Source of the DNA: Promethearchaeota archaeon
Lineage (GTDB): Archaea > Asgardarchaeota > Lokiarchaeia > Sigyniarchaeales > SOKP01
Length of the DNA stretch: 27,913 nt
Direction: 5' to 3'
Assembly (NCBI GenBank): GCA_048938025.1
Contig: JBHLMP010000018.1
Coordinates: 1 to 27,913, forward strand
The notes below the pieces were generated by a model. It was given only the letters and a program-made list of their open reading frames with translations, was not told the origin of the DNA and searched no databases. Of the stretch, positions 18,663 to 27,457 are shown piece after piece (the first letter of the stretch is position 1; each line of letters starts with the position of its first letter). Both the position numbers and the translations under genes were made by a program.

Positions 18663-19454
18663 CTAGGATTTTAAGAGTTTAGTTTGAACTCTTCCATGTG
18701 TTAATTTATTTAACTTGTCTATTAACTCAATTTGAAAACCTGCTGGTAAAGAAATTACAGATACCCAAGAACCATCAGATTGCCATTCCTCCTTCTTAAT
18801 TTGAGCATATTGAGCAACAATATTGTAACCTTTTGCTGTAAAAGCTGAAGGTATTTTAATCGCCATCTCTACTTGCTCCATTCGGATTGGAATTATGGCT
18901 CTTATGCTTTTTACAATATCATCAACTTGTTCTTCAGCACTTCTCATTAAATCTATATTAACTTTTGCTTCTTCAATAGCTTTTTCAATTCTTTGATAAG
19001 GATGTGGTTTTTTATTCTGTGGGTTTATAGCATTTTTACTAATGATAGTTATTATTTGCTTTAGTTTTTTACTTCTTTCCTCTTCTCGTTGAGCTTTTGT
19101 CCAATTAATTTCTCCATCTAATAATACATAAGCAGCAATTTTCATCCCATCAGTAGTTTCGAAAACAGCCTCCATATCTCCATCAGTAGCTTTTTTACCC
19201 CTTCTTAAATCTTCAAAAACTGTAAAACTCTCAAAAATTAATTCTAAATCGATTTTTTGATCATTTAATAATTCATTAATAGTCATTCGCGACTTTTCTT
19301 TACCTGCTTTTAATCTTTTATCGATTTCTTCGCGAATAATTTTTTTAGCTTCCCATGCTTTCTCTGGATCCATTAACATTTCAAATACTCTTCCTGATTT
19401 TTCAATCCGTCCAATGATTAACCCGCCCAAGTCTATTCTTGCTCTATCTATCAT
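18663..19454 (-). CDS. sdo1: Ribosome maturation factor SBDS/Sdo1
   Basis: GRVFEM, INPQNKKPHPYQRIEKAIEEA, IPIRME, EEWQSDGSW. Confidence 0.93.
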   Translation of the reverse strand: MIDRARIDLGGLIIGRIEKSGRVFEMLMDPEKAWEAKKIIREEIDKRLKAGKEKSRMTINELLNDQKIDLELIFESFTVFEDLRRGKKATDGDMEAVFETTDGMKIAAYVLLDGEINWTKAQREEERSKKLKQIITIISKNAINPQNKKPHPYQRIEKAIEEAKVNIDLMRSAEEQVDDIVKSIRAIIPIRMEQVEMAIKIPSAFTAKGYNIVAQYAQIKKEEWQSDGSWVSVISLPAGFQIELIDKLNKLTHGRVQTKLLKS

Positions 19455-19562
19455 ATAAGGGGCTCATTTTCTATTGATTATTATACCTAGATTTTCCTTT
19501 TTTGCCAATTCTTTGTCTTTGCGTTAAAAGATAAATGTAAAAAGCTTTTACCTTGATATTAC

Positions 19563-20279
19563 CTATAATTTATTTAATAAATCCTCCTTTTGTTCCAAAT
19601 TAAGTAGCCTAAAAGTTTTATCTTCCTTCAAAATAAAGGCTACATCACAGGTATTTTTATTTAAATTATCTCCCATAAGTTCTTTTAAAGCTCTTAATGG
19701 TAATAATTTTAATTCCTCATCTATCATATCTTCTTTATAATGTTCTTCAAGGTATGCTCTTGCTTCTGTTGCTCCGGAACCAATCGCGAATGCGTAATAT
19801 GACCACATTGCACCACTAGGATCCGTTAAATAAAGGGATGGTCCATTACCATCAATCCCAGCAATCAGAAACGATACACCGAATGGTCTAACACCCGCAT
19901 TCTGGGTAAAAACCTGCTTATATTCACATATATTTAATGTGCTGTCCTTCACGGAGATCTTCTCATCATAGTTCAATATATTAATCTGAGCTTGAACCCT
20001 GGCTCTATCAATTAAAACTCGGGCATCTGCGGTAAGTCCCGCAATGGCTACCCCAATATGATCATCAATTTTAAATATTTTCTCTGAACCTAGGGTTTCC
20101 TCTTGTAATTGAGAGCTCTTTTTCTCAACCGCAAATACTACTGAATTTTTATTTCTGCACACTATTGCGGTAGTACCCCTTCGAACGGCTTCAATAGCAT
20201 ATTCTACTTGAAATAGCCGTCCTTCAGGTGAAAATTGGGTTATGGCCATATCATATCCTCTTCCCGCTTGCTGGAACAT
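19563..20279 (-). CDS. psmA: Proteasome subunit alpha
   Basis: YDMAITQFSPEGRLFQVEYA, GLTADARVL, VRPFGVSFL, TDPSG. Confidence 0.97.
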   Translation of the reverse strand: MFQQAGRGYDMAITQFSPEGRLFQVEYAIEAVRRGTTAIVCRNKNSVVFAVEKKSSQLQEETLGSEKIFKIDDHIGVAIAGLTADARVLIDRARVQAQINILNYDEKISVKDSTLNICEYKQVFTQNAGVRPFGVSFLIAGIDGNGPSLYLTDPSGAMWSYYAFAIGSGATEARAYLEEHYKEDMIDEELKLLPLRALKELMGDNLNKNTCDVAFILKEDKTFRLLNLEQKEDLLNKL

Positions 20280-20434
20280 TCTAATCCACCTAAAAGATTT
20301 TTATTTGTTTTTTAAATTTATATTATTTTTTTATTACTGATTAAAAAGTAGTAATAAACAATATAATAAATATTTTTTTTATATATTTTAAAAATAGAAT
20401 TCAATTAAATAGCTTATATTTTAATCTATCATCT

Positions 20435-21412
20435 TTATTGATTATTTTCTTCTATTTTTTTTGTTTTTTCAGCCTTGGACTCTTCTCGCTTTTCTTTAAT
20501 TTTTTGAATAGTTATGCCTCGTAAATTAAGCATTTTTCTAATAAAAATAAATGATGCTAATGTTATACCAATCAAATAGAAGATATTAATTGTCCAAAAC
20601 ATATTAGAAATTTCAGTGTAAAAATACAAGTTAAAAATCGGTGAAACAGTAGCTATTATACCAATACTTGACATTGCTATGATTATAGCTATTTTTTCAT
20701 AATTTTTGGGTCCTTCATCCACATATTCAAAAATACCCAACCAGAACATGATACAAATAAAAGTTATGGGTGTAAAAGTTAAACAGGTTGCGATTATCAA
20801 TAAAAAATATATTGCAAGCTTGCCTTGCCATAAATTTAGTAGTTCCTTTATCGTCATTTGATCTTGTATCTGTACTTTTGCGTAATCTTTTCTAAATTTA
20901 AAATATTTTTTTTTAATTCCTCTTCCCATTCTCTTAACCGATTTTTTGAATTGCTGAAATTTCCCTTGTTCTATTGCTTTATCGAATTGTTCTCTAATTA
21001 TTGGAATTATGTATAAATTAATAAGTAAAGAAGCAATTCCATAAACAAAGATTATCAAATCAATCCAAAAGATGAATTTGTCTTGGGAAAATAATCCAGG
21101 ATAAAAGTAACTTGAAATTACCTGATAAATGGCCCAGACAATTAATATAATTGGTATAATGACTTGAGCAATAACAATACTGTTAACAATTTTTTCCTTT
21201 TTACCGATCTTTTCTTTTGTTTTGTCTAACAATATCAAAAATCCATTAGAAATGCTAAGGATCAGTCCAAAACCCGATAGAAATTTAACAACCCAGAAAA
21301 AGATTAGAAATGTAAATTTCACATTTAAAATTCCAAATAAGATAATAATCATAAAAATTGATGTAAGAGCTAAACCAATAATATAGATTATGAGATAATT
21401 TCTATCGTTCAT
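20435..21412 (-). CDS. Hypothetical polytopic membrane protein (about 7-8 TM segments, long basic central loop)
   Basis: Alternating hydrophobic stretches and a Lys/Arg-rich loop; no recognised motif. Confidence 0.75.
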   Translation of the reverse strand: MNDRNYLIIYIIGLALTSIFMIIILFGILNVKFTFLIFFWVVKFLSGFGLILSISNGFLILLDKTKEKIGKKEKIVNSIVIAQVIIPIILIVWAIYQVISSYFYPGLFSQDKFIFWIDLIIFVYGIASLLINLYIIPIIREQFDKAIEQGKFQQFKKSVKRMGRGIKKKYFKFRKDYAKVQIQDQMTIKELLNLWQGKLAIYFLLIIATCLTFTPITFICIMFWLGIFEYVDEGPKNYEKIAIIIAMSSIGIIATVSPIFNLYFYTEISNMFWTINIFYLIGITLASFIFIRKMLNLRGITIQKIKEKREESKAEKTKKIEENNQ

Positions 21413-21460
21413 GAATAAAGTAAAAAACGGTTAAATATAATGTTTTTCTAGTTATTTGGA

Positions 21461-21832
21461 TTATGACCAAGCAATTTTATTGATAAAGATTGACCATTCC
21501 AGCAATATCATACCTTCATCTCTAGTATGAGCAATAAGGTAATACCCCTCCTTAGTAATTGAACCTACAATATTTCCTTTCCCAGCACCAATATTTTTAG
21601 CGGCTAATTGGATCTCGTCGTTTTTTAAAATAGCAAATCGGTGATTTTGAAACATAAGAGCGGATTCTTTTGATTTCCAAGCCTCAAGGATTGCTTTTGC
21701 TTCTTCATTAGTTAAAGGAAAATCTCCAGACTTGAAGATTAGATCTCCCTCTCCATTTATAAGAAAAGTTTCTTCAACACCTTCATATTCGTTTAATGCA
21801 TTTACCAAATAATCAAATCTATTTTTATCCAT
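21461..21832 (-). CDS. Profilin-like protein (Asgard eukaryotic signature protein)
   Basis: 123 aa. FLINGEGDLIFKSGDFPLTNEEAKAILEAW...LMFQNHRFAILK...KNIGAGKGNIVG resembles the strand/helix order of eukaryotic and Lokiarchaeal profilins (recognised by eye). Confidence 0.7.
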   Translation of the reverse strand: MDKNRFDYLVNALNEYEGVEETFLINGEGDLIFKSGDFPLTNEEAKAILEAWKSKESALMFQNHRFAILKNDEIQLAAKNIGAGKGNIVGSITKEGYYLIAHTRDEGMILLEWSIFINKIAWS

Positions 21833-22009
21833 TTTTTTTCAGCTTCTCAACAATTTTATCTTTAATTTTATTGAAAAGTAAAACTTTTGTAATTTAAATC
21901 TTTTTAGAACTATAGGTAAAATATTTTATAATTGCATCTAAATTATTTTACTCGAAATATGTTAGTAACTTTTAGGTTAGATTGTTTATATTAATTCAAA
22001 ATTCGCTTT

Positions 22010-22795
22010 ATGACAAAAATAGTAGTTCTATTTGATAAAATTTATAATATTTCTTCGGAAGAGAAGAAAAGAGAGATATTTATTAGATATCTTAAATATT
22101 TGAATGAACATATCAAAGGTTTTTCAAAAACATCTATAAATATCAATAAACTACGAAATTTTGATCACAGATTTGAGATTAATATTCAAGGACAAGATGA
22201 GAATTTCATTTTTAATGTATTGCAAAAAGAGATAGGCACTATAATTGAATTCAAAGATGTAAAAGAAGGACAGATATATAAAGGATCAATGGTCGATGTC
22301 GGGAATGTTGGGTTTGGAATATTTGTTGATTGTGCTATTCTCAATCCAAAAGTAGATGTCTTAATTAATTTGCATTCTCTTCGAACTCAATTATGTAATG
22401 GTAAAGAAAAATCTTTAAGGCAAATTGTAGAAGCATATGATTTTATTGACCATTTTCCCGTATATGTTAGAATTACCAGAATTGATGAGGTAAATAACAA
22501 ATTACAAGGAGAAATAGACCAGAAATCATTAAAACTATTTAAAAAAATATTAAAGGAAAATATCGAATGCGTATTTCTAAGTGGTGATACTAAAGGGCAA
22601 TTTAAAAAAGCATTAGCTAAAAAAGGACATTTACGAGACATTATCTCCATAAAAAGGTTTGGATTTTTAGAAAATCTTGTATTATTAAAGAAAAATTCTG
22701 ATGCCCCCGGAATTATTGCTCATATTGGTAGGGAATTAAAAAATTGTAAATTAAGCGCTTTAAGACCTGAACGTATAAAAAGGTTACTCGATTAG
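22010..22795 (+). CDS. DUF2110-family protein (S1/OB-fold-containing)
   Basis: GQIYKGSMVDVGNVGFGIFVD, FIDHFPV, GHLRDII, DAPGIIAHIG. Confidence 0.75.
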   Translation: MTKIVVLFDKIYNISSEEKKREIFIRYLKYLNEHIKGFSKTSININKLRNFDHRFEINIQGQDENFIFNVLQKEIGTIIEFKDVKEGQIYKGSMVDVGNVGFGIFVDCAILNPKVDVLINLHSLRTQLCNGKEKSLRQIVEAYDFIDHFPVYVRITRIDEVNNKLQGEIDQKSLKLFKKILKENIECVFLSGDTKGQFKKALAKKGHLRDIISIKRFGFLENLVLLKKNSDAPGIIAHIGRELKNCKLSALRPERIKRLLD

Positions 22796-22805
22796 GTTAA
22801 ATAAA

Positions 22806-22881
22806 TGGTGGGCCAGGAGAGACTTGAACTCCCGACCTTCGCGGTGTAAACGCGACGTCATACCAACTAGACCACTGGCCC
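22806..22881 (-). tRNA. tRNA-Val(TAC), CCA encoded
   Basis: GGGCCAG...TCGCG TT-TAC-AC CGCGA...GTTCAAGT...CTGGCCC ACCA. Confidence 0.95.
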
Positions 22882-22892
22882 TATATTTTAAG

Positions 22893-22996
22893 CGCTCAGG
22901 GTGGGATTTGAACCCACGAATCCATACGGACACCGGTTTAGCAGACCGGCGCTGTTGGCACAATTATATTGTTCTACCAGGCTAAGCGACCTGAGC
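22893..22996 (-). tRNA. tRNA-Ser(GCT) with a 20-nt D-arm intron (22954..22973, about position 22/23)
   Basis: GCTCAGG/CCTGAGC acceptor, CCGGT CT-GCT-AA ACCGG, long variable arm, G discriminator. BHB with UGGU/GCCA helix and bulges AG|A, AC|A. Confidence 0.92.
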
Positions 22997-23133
22997 ACAA
23001 TTTTTTCAATAGTAAAGTGTTTTACATTTTGAATATAACCATTCAAAATTTTAATATTTTATTATAAAATAATGAATCTTATGATAAAAAAAAAGAAAAA
23101 GGGAAATTTGATTATTTGTATTTTAATCTAATT

Positions 23134-24333
23134 TTAGATTGATTTAATATCAAGATTTTTGTTTTTTAATCGGTAATTGCGTATTTTAGTTTCACTATAC
23201 CACCATAAAACACCGATTGGAATGCATATCAGCCAATTAATTACAACATAAACAAAAACTACATTAAGTTTATATTCTAAATTAATGCCAATTATACTTG
23301 CCCCATAATGATCTCCCCATATATTAATAACAATTGCAAAATATAAAATCTGTGTTAGTAAAATATGATATGTTGATTTGCCGATTATTGCAATTCCTTT
23401 AATAAATTTATTATCTTGCTTCTTAGGGAGTAATTGCAATCCTACTAAAAATAAAAATGCGGAATAGGGGAATACGAATAAATTGTAATCACCAACTATG
23501 AAGTCAAAATAAAAATCAAAGAATTGATATAGTATTAGATAAAATAGACTTAAAGGGAATAAAATCCATAACAATATATTTTGCTTAGCAAATATTTCAT
23601 GATTTCTTGAAATCCACATACCTAATCCAATAGCAGATAACATGAAAAACGGTGTCGTTACAATAAATCTGTAATAAAAAAGGAAATCATAATAATCAGG
23701 CCATGTTGAAATATTTTGAGGATCAAAAATGAAAAAAACTGCTAATTGAATGGATAATTCAACAACATAACACAGGAACAAGGTTATAATTCTCCATCTC
23801 AACTTCCCTGAAAATCCTTTATATAAGAGGGGCATGATTAAAATAGACCAGAAAATAACAGGTAAAAACCAATTTCCTGGACCGTAGAAAGGTAGGATAC
23901 CAATGAAAAGATGCTCAAAACTCCATGAGTGTTGATACTGTTTAAGAGCATCGGGATCAAAACCATTAATAGCTAATCCTATTAATGTTGATAAAAAGTA
24001 CAATAGAAGGAAGGGAAAAATATATCGCCAAAATTTTCGTTTGAAATAATTCCATGAATATAACTTTCTTAAAGATGTTTCGCCTTTTCTATCAAATGAA
24101 AGCCCCATATTGAAACCCATTATAACTAAAAAAACTGGAATTGAAATACGTTCCCATAAGGCAACTCCCATGCTATTTTTTAAAGGATCCCAAGGAAATG
24201 TATGATCAAAAATAACTAAAAATATCATTATTGCCTTTATTATATCAACTTGAATAAAATGGCTATCCTTTGGATATAAACTATTTTGCTCTTTAATCCT
24301 TAATTTATTCTCATTTATGATATAAATCCCCAA
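23134..24333 (-). CDS. Acyltransferase family 3 (OafA/YrhL-like) membrane protein
   Basis: VDIIKAIMIFLVIFDH, IPVFLVIMGF, KRKFWRYIFP, WFLP, GKSTYHILL. Confidence 0.85.
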   Translation of the reverse strand: MGIYIINENKLRIKEQNSLYPKDSHFIQVDIIKAIMIFLVIFDHTFPWDPLKNSMGVALWERISIPVFLVIMGFNMGLSFDRKGETSLRKLYSWNYFKRKFWRYIFPFLLLYFLSTLIGLAINGFDPDALKQYQHSWSFEHLFIGILPFYGPGNWFLPVIFWSILIMPLLYKGFSGKLRWRIITLFLCYVVELSIQLAVFFIFDPQNISTWPDYYDFLFYYRFIVTTPFFMLSAIGLGMWISRNHEIFAKQNILLWILFPLSLFYLILYQFFDFYFDFIVGDYNLFVFPYSAFLFLVGLQLLPKKQDNKFIKGIAIIGKSTYHILLTQILYFAIVINIWGDHYGASIIGINLEYKLNVVFVYVVINWLICIPIGVLWWYSETKIRNYRLKNKNLDIKSI

Positions 24334-24452
24334 TTTCTAATAGAATTAATATGGTATCAATAAATTTGTAAATTAGTTTTAAACTTTTGGGTATTATTAG
24401 CTTTCTGACTAAAAATTAAAAATAATAGAGAAATAAGAAATTTAGAGAAATT

Positions 24453-24935
24453 TTATTCAGAAATTGTCTCGAATACCATTTTCTCGATGATTGGTTTTTT
24501 TGTATAACGCTTATCATAAAACCATCCAACAAGGTGTGGTTTTTGTTCTTTTTCAGGTATAGGGGGTATTACAATAATCATTACTCCATTACTGAGATAC
24601 TTTAAAATTCTTTTATCAATTGTATGTAATTTATCATTCCCAGATGGGTGTGAATGCCATTGCCAAACGATATCAACTCCGAGTTCTTGTTTAAATTTCC
24701 GCATATTATAAATTTTGGATTTTTTATAACGCATCCAGCTCCTTGGCTTCATATGAACTTTCGTTTTTCTTAGATCGGGATTCATAATAAATTTTGTGCA
24801 AATTCCAAAGTTCTCTTTACGTTCGGCAAATAACCAGCCATGTATAATATTTGGTAATTCATCTGCCGCTTTTTGGGTAATCTCTTGAAATAAACTTTCT
24901 GGTATTAAATAGCGAAAATCTTTTATTCCACTCAT
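24453..24935 (-). CDS. JAB1/MPN domain protein with atypical JAMM motif
   Basis: WQWHSHPSGNDKLHTID (HxHP...D); the N-terminal PNIIHGWL sits where PxExxG usually is. Confidence 0.75.
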   Translation of the reverse strand: MSGIKDFRYLIPESLFQEITQKAADELPNIIHGWLFAERKENFGICTKFIMNPDLRKTKVHMKPRSWMRYKKSKIYNMRKFKQELGVDIVWQWHSHPSGNDKLHTIDKRILKYLSNGVMIIVIPPIPEKEQKPHLVGWFYDKRYTKKPIIEKMVFETISE

Positions 24936-25111
24936 TTTATCACCATCTCAATTATGGGTCAATGAAGCATAGAATTTATATTTTTTTTAAATTTTAAGAG
25001 AGTTTAATAGTAAGGAAGGGAAAAATAATAAGAAATTTATTTTTTTTAATATAATCTATTTTAATAACAAAAAATTAGAATAAATATTAAAGTCATATAT
25101 CATTTAAATTT

Positions 25112-25213
25112 GCAGATGTAGCCTAGCTGGTAAGACGCCGGCCTTGAGTTTTTCTTACAAGCAAGATAGCCGGTGCGCGTAAGCGCTCGGGGGTTCGAGT
25201 CCCTCCATCTGCG
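25112..25213 (+). tRNA. tRNA-Ser(TGA) with a 19-nt intron at 37/38 (25149..25167)
   Basis: GCAGATG/CATCTGC acceptor, CCGGC/GCCGG anticodon stem, CT-TGA-G|intron|A, long variable arm. BHB with CUUG/CAAG helix and bulges AG|U, AU|A. Confidence 0.92.
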
Positions 25214-25258
25214 TATTTTATTATATAGATTATATTGGCAATTAAAAAATAAAATTAG

Positions 25259-25332
25259 GGGCTATTGGCGCAGGCAGGTAGCGCAGCAGGCTCTTAACCT
25301 GACGGTCGGGGGTTCAAATCCCTCATAGCCCG
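25259..25332 (+). tRNA. tRNA-Lys(CTT)
   Basis: GGGCTAT/ATAGCCC acceptor, GCGC D-stem, CAGG CT-CTT-AA CCTG, GGTTCAAATCC. Confidence 0.95.
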
Positions 25333-25371
25333 CTTTTCCTTAAAAAATTCATAATAAATAGTTAGGACAGA

Positions 25372-26304
25372 CTATAAGAATTGAAAAATAACTTCAAAAT
25401 CAGAAAAATCGAATGGTTTTAGAATATAGCCATCTGCCTTTCCTATATTTTTCTCTACTTCCGATCCAGGGATAGCTGTTAAGAAATAAACTGGGATATC
25501 TTTAAACTTTTTATCTTTTTTAATCATATCACAAATTTCATAGCCCGAGATGTCTGGAAGGATTATATCTAATAGTATTAACCTTGGACTATTTACACGT
25601 AGTTCCTCGATACCTTTTGTTCCACTTACTACTCCTTTACAGGTATAGTCTTTACTTTCAAAATAACTTGTCAATAATCGAATCGTGGCTAAATCATCTT
25701 CAATCAGGAGAATATCATATTGAGTTTGAGCTTCTTCTACCTTAATTTTATCGAGAATGTTAATGATTTTATTTTCAAGAAGCATGCTTTGGTCAAATAT
25801 ATTTTTAACAGTTGATAAGACATCCTCTTCTAATTCGTCTTTATAATTTTCAAGAAGTAGTTGACTAAATCCCTTAATACTGGTCAAAGGTTCCTTTAAT
25901 GCATGTGAAATATTAGCAATTGTTTTTTCATCCATTTTATGTATACCTGAGCTTATTAAGTTCGTTTTTTGCTCAATAAAATGATCAACACTATCTCTAA
26001 TTAGCTTCGAAATAGTAGTATAATTATGATCTCTTATAAATTCTTGCCATTTCTCTTTTGTATCCTCAGATACATATAAAGAAATTCTCTCTTTATCCCT
26101 ATCGTAGATCTTTTCCCCCTTCAACCATTTTTTAAACCCTTCAGTTATCTTTTCTTGCCAAATTGCGTATTTACCTGTCTCATCTTCATATTTTTTCATT
26201 AATTTATTAGCTTTTTCACTTTTCAAATCAAGTTTGGCAATGTCTTCATCAGATATTATCTGTTTGTTTTTATTTCCTTCCTCATTCTTTGAAATATAAC
26301 TCAT
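25372..26304 (-). CDS. Signal transduction protein: ribbon-helix-helix-like + HisKA(DHp) + receiver, no HATPase domain
   Basis: RISLYVSEDTKEKW...TISKLIRDSV (RHH-like), ISHALKEPLTSIKGFSQLL (H-box), LLIEDD...LILLDIILP...FLTA...ILKPF (REC). Confidence 0.85.
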   Translation of the reverse strand: MSYISKNEEGNKNKQIISDEDIAKLDLKSEKANKLMKKYEDETGKYAIWQEKITEGFKKWLKGEKIYDRDKERISLYVSEDTKEKWQEFIRDHNYTTISKLIRDSVDHFIEQKTNLISSGIHKMDEKTIANISHALKEPLTSIKGFSQLLLENYKDELEEDVLSTVKNIFDQSMLLENKIINILDKIKVEEAQTQYDILLIEDDLATIRLLTSYFESKDYTCKGVVSGTKGIEELRVNSPRLILLDIILPDISGYEICDMIKKDKKFKDIPVYFLTAIPGSEVEKNIGKADGYILKPFDFSDFEVIFQFL

Positions 26305-26527
26305 CTCTTAGTCGTATAATTTAATCCTTTCAGAATTACAGGATTTAACTCATTAGTTTATGATTTATGTAGTAAATTATTCAAAAATTTTTTTATAAAA
26401 ATTATATTTAACAGTATTTTCTTTATCATTTTTAGTAATTTTTTATCTCTTATTAAATCTTTTTGAATATAATGTTAATTGGAAGTGATCAAACAATTTT
26501 AAAAAAAAAGGAATTCATTTAGAAATT

Positions 26528-27457
26528 TCAATTTTTCACTTTCTTATCGTTTAAAAAAGTAAATATTGGTTCAAAATCTGAGAAATTAAAGGGTTTTAAG
26601 ATATATCCATTAGCTTTTCCTAAATTCTTTTCTACTTCAGATGCAGCTATGGCAGTTAGGAAATAGACAGGAATATGTTTATATTCATTATCAGATTTAA
26701 TTGTTTCACAAATTCTATATCCATCTAAATCTGGTAAAATTATATCTAATAATATTAGCTTTGGAATTGATTTCCCCAATTCTTCTAATCCTTTAGAACC
26801 ACTCACAACTCCCTTGCATATAAAACCTCTGCTTTCAAAGATCTGCTTTATTAATCGAATTGTAGCAAGATCATCTTCAATTAATAAAACGTCGTATTCT
26901 GTTTCTACTTTAATATTATCTAGAAAGCTAATAATCTTATTTTCAAGAAGTATACTTTGGTCAAAAATATTTTTTACAGTATCTAATATCTGATCGTTCA
27001 ATTTATCCTTATAATTCTCAAGAAGTAATTGTGAATATCCTTTTATTGATGTTAGTGGCTCTTTTAATGCATGTGAAATATTAGTGACTCTAAGTGGACT
27101 AATTTTAAATAAATCACTTTTATATTGATCCTTTTTGGATTCAATAAAGAATTCTACAGCTTTTCTTATCAATTTAGAAATCGTCGGAGTCTCATTATTC
27201 TTTATATATCTTAACCATTTTTCCTTTGTATCCTCTGATACATATAACGAAATTCGCTCCTTATCTCGTAGATAAATTTTCTCTCCTTTTAACCACTTCT
27301 TAAATCCTTCTGTTACAAATCCCCGCCATATAGCATATTTTCCTGTGTCTTTTTCATATTGGTACATTAATTCTTTGACTTTATCACTATTTAAATCTAT
27401 AATTTCCTCATTTATCCTGTCATTTTCCTTAGAAATGCTATTATTTTGACTTTCCAT
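26528..27457 (-). CDS. Tandem paralog: ribbon-helix-helix-like + HisKA(DHp) + receiver, no HATPase domain
   Basis: Same motifs and order as 25372..26304, with long identical blocks. Confidence 0.85.
   Translation of the reverse strand: MESQNNSISKENDRINEEIIDLNSDKVKELMYQYEKDTGKYAIWRGFVTEGFKKWLKGEKIYLRDKERISLYVSEDTKEKWLRYIKNNETPTISKLIRKAVEFFIESKKDQYKSDLFKISPLRVTNISHALKEPLTSIKGYSQLLLENYKDKLNDQILDTVKNIFDQSILLENKIISFLDNIKVETEYDVLLIEDDLATIRLIKQIFESRGFICKGVVSGSKGLEELGKSIPKLILLDIILPDLDGYRICETIKSDNEYKHIPVYFLTAIAASEVEKNLGKANGYILKPFNFSDFEPIFTFLNDKKVKN

Noticed and set aside
19283-19339. Stem (TTATTCGCGA/TCGCGAATGA) inside the SBDS insertion as a second, in-frame mRNA intron
   Set aside because: No 4-bp central helix with 3-nt bulges can be formed next to the stem, and the encoded peptide looks like a real charged helix.
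1882-22650. Short shadow ORFs (1882-2091, 2592-2804, 4394-4576, 9564-9779, 11765-12118, 12428-12631, 13841-14164, 17638-17868, 22387-22650)
   Set aside because: All are antisense to well-supported genes and carry no recognisable motifs.
22997-25111. Integrated island between the two tRNA pairs
   Set aside because: No integrase and no duplicated tRNA 3' end; the genes lie at the 5' sides of the tRNAs.
25112-25213. tRNA-Sec or an opal suppressor
   Set aside because: The anticodon is TGA (reads UCA, Ser), not TCA, and the acceptor stem is a normal 7 bp.
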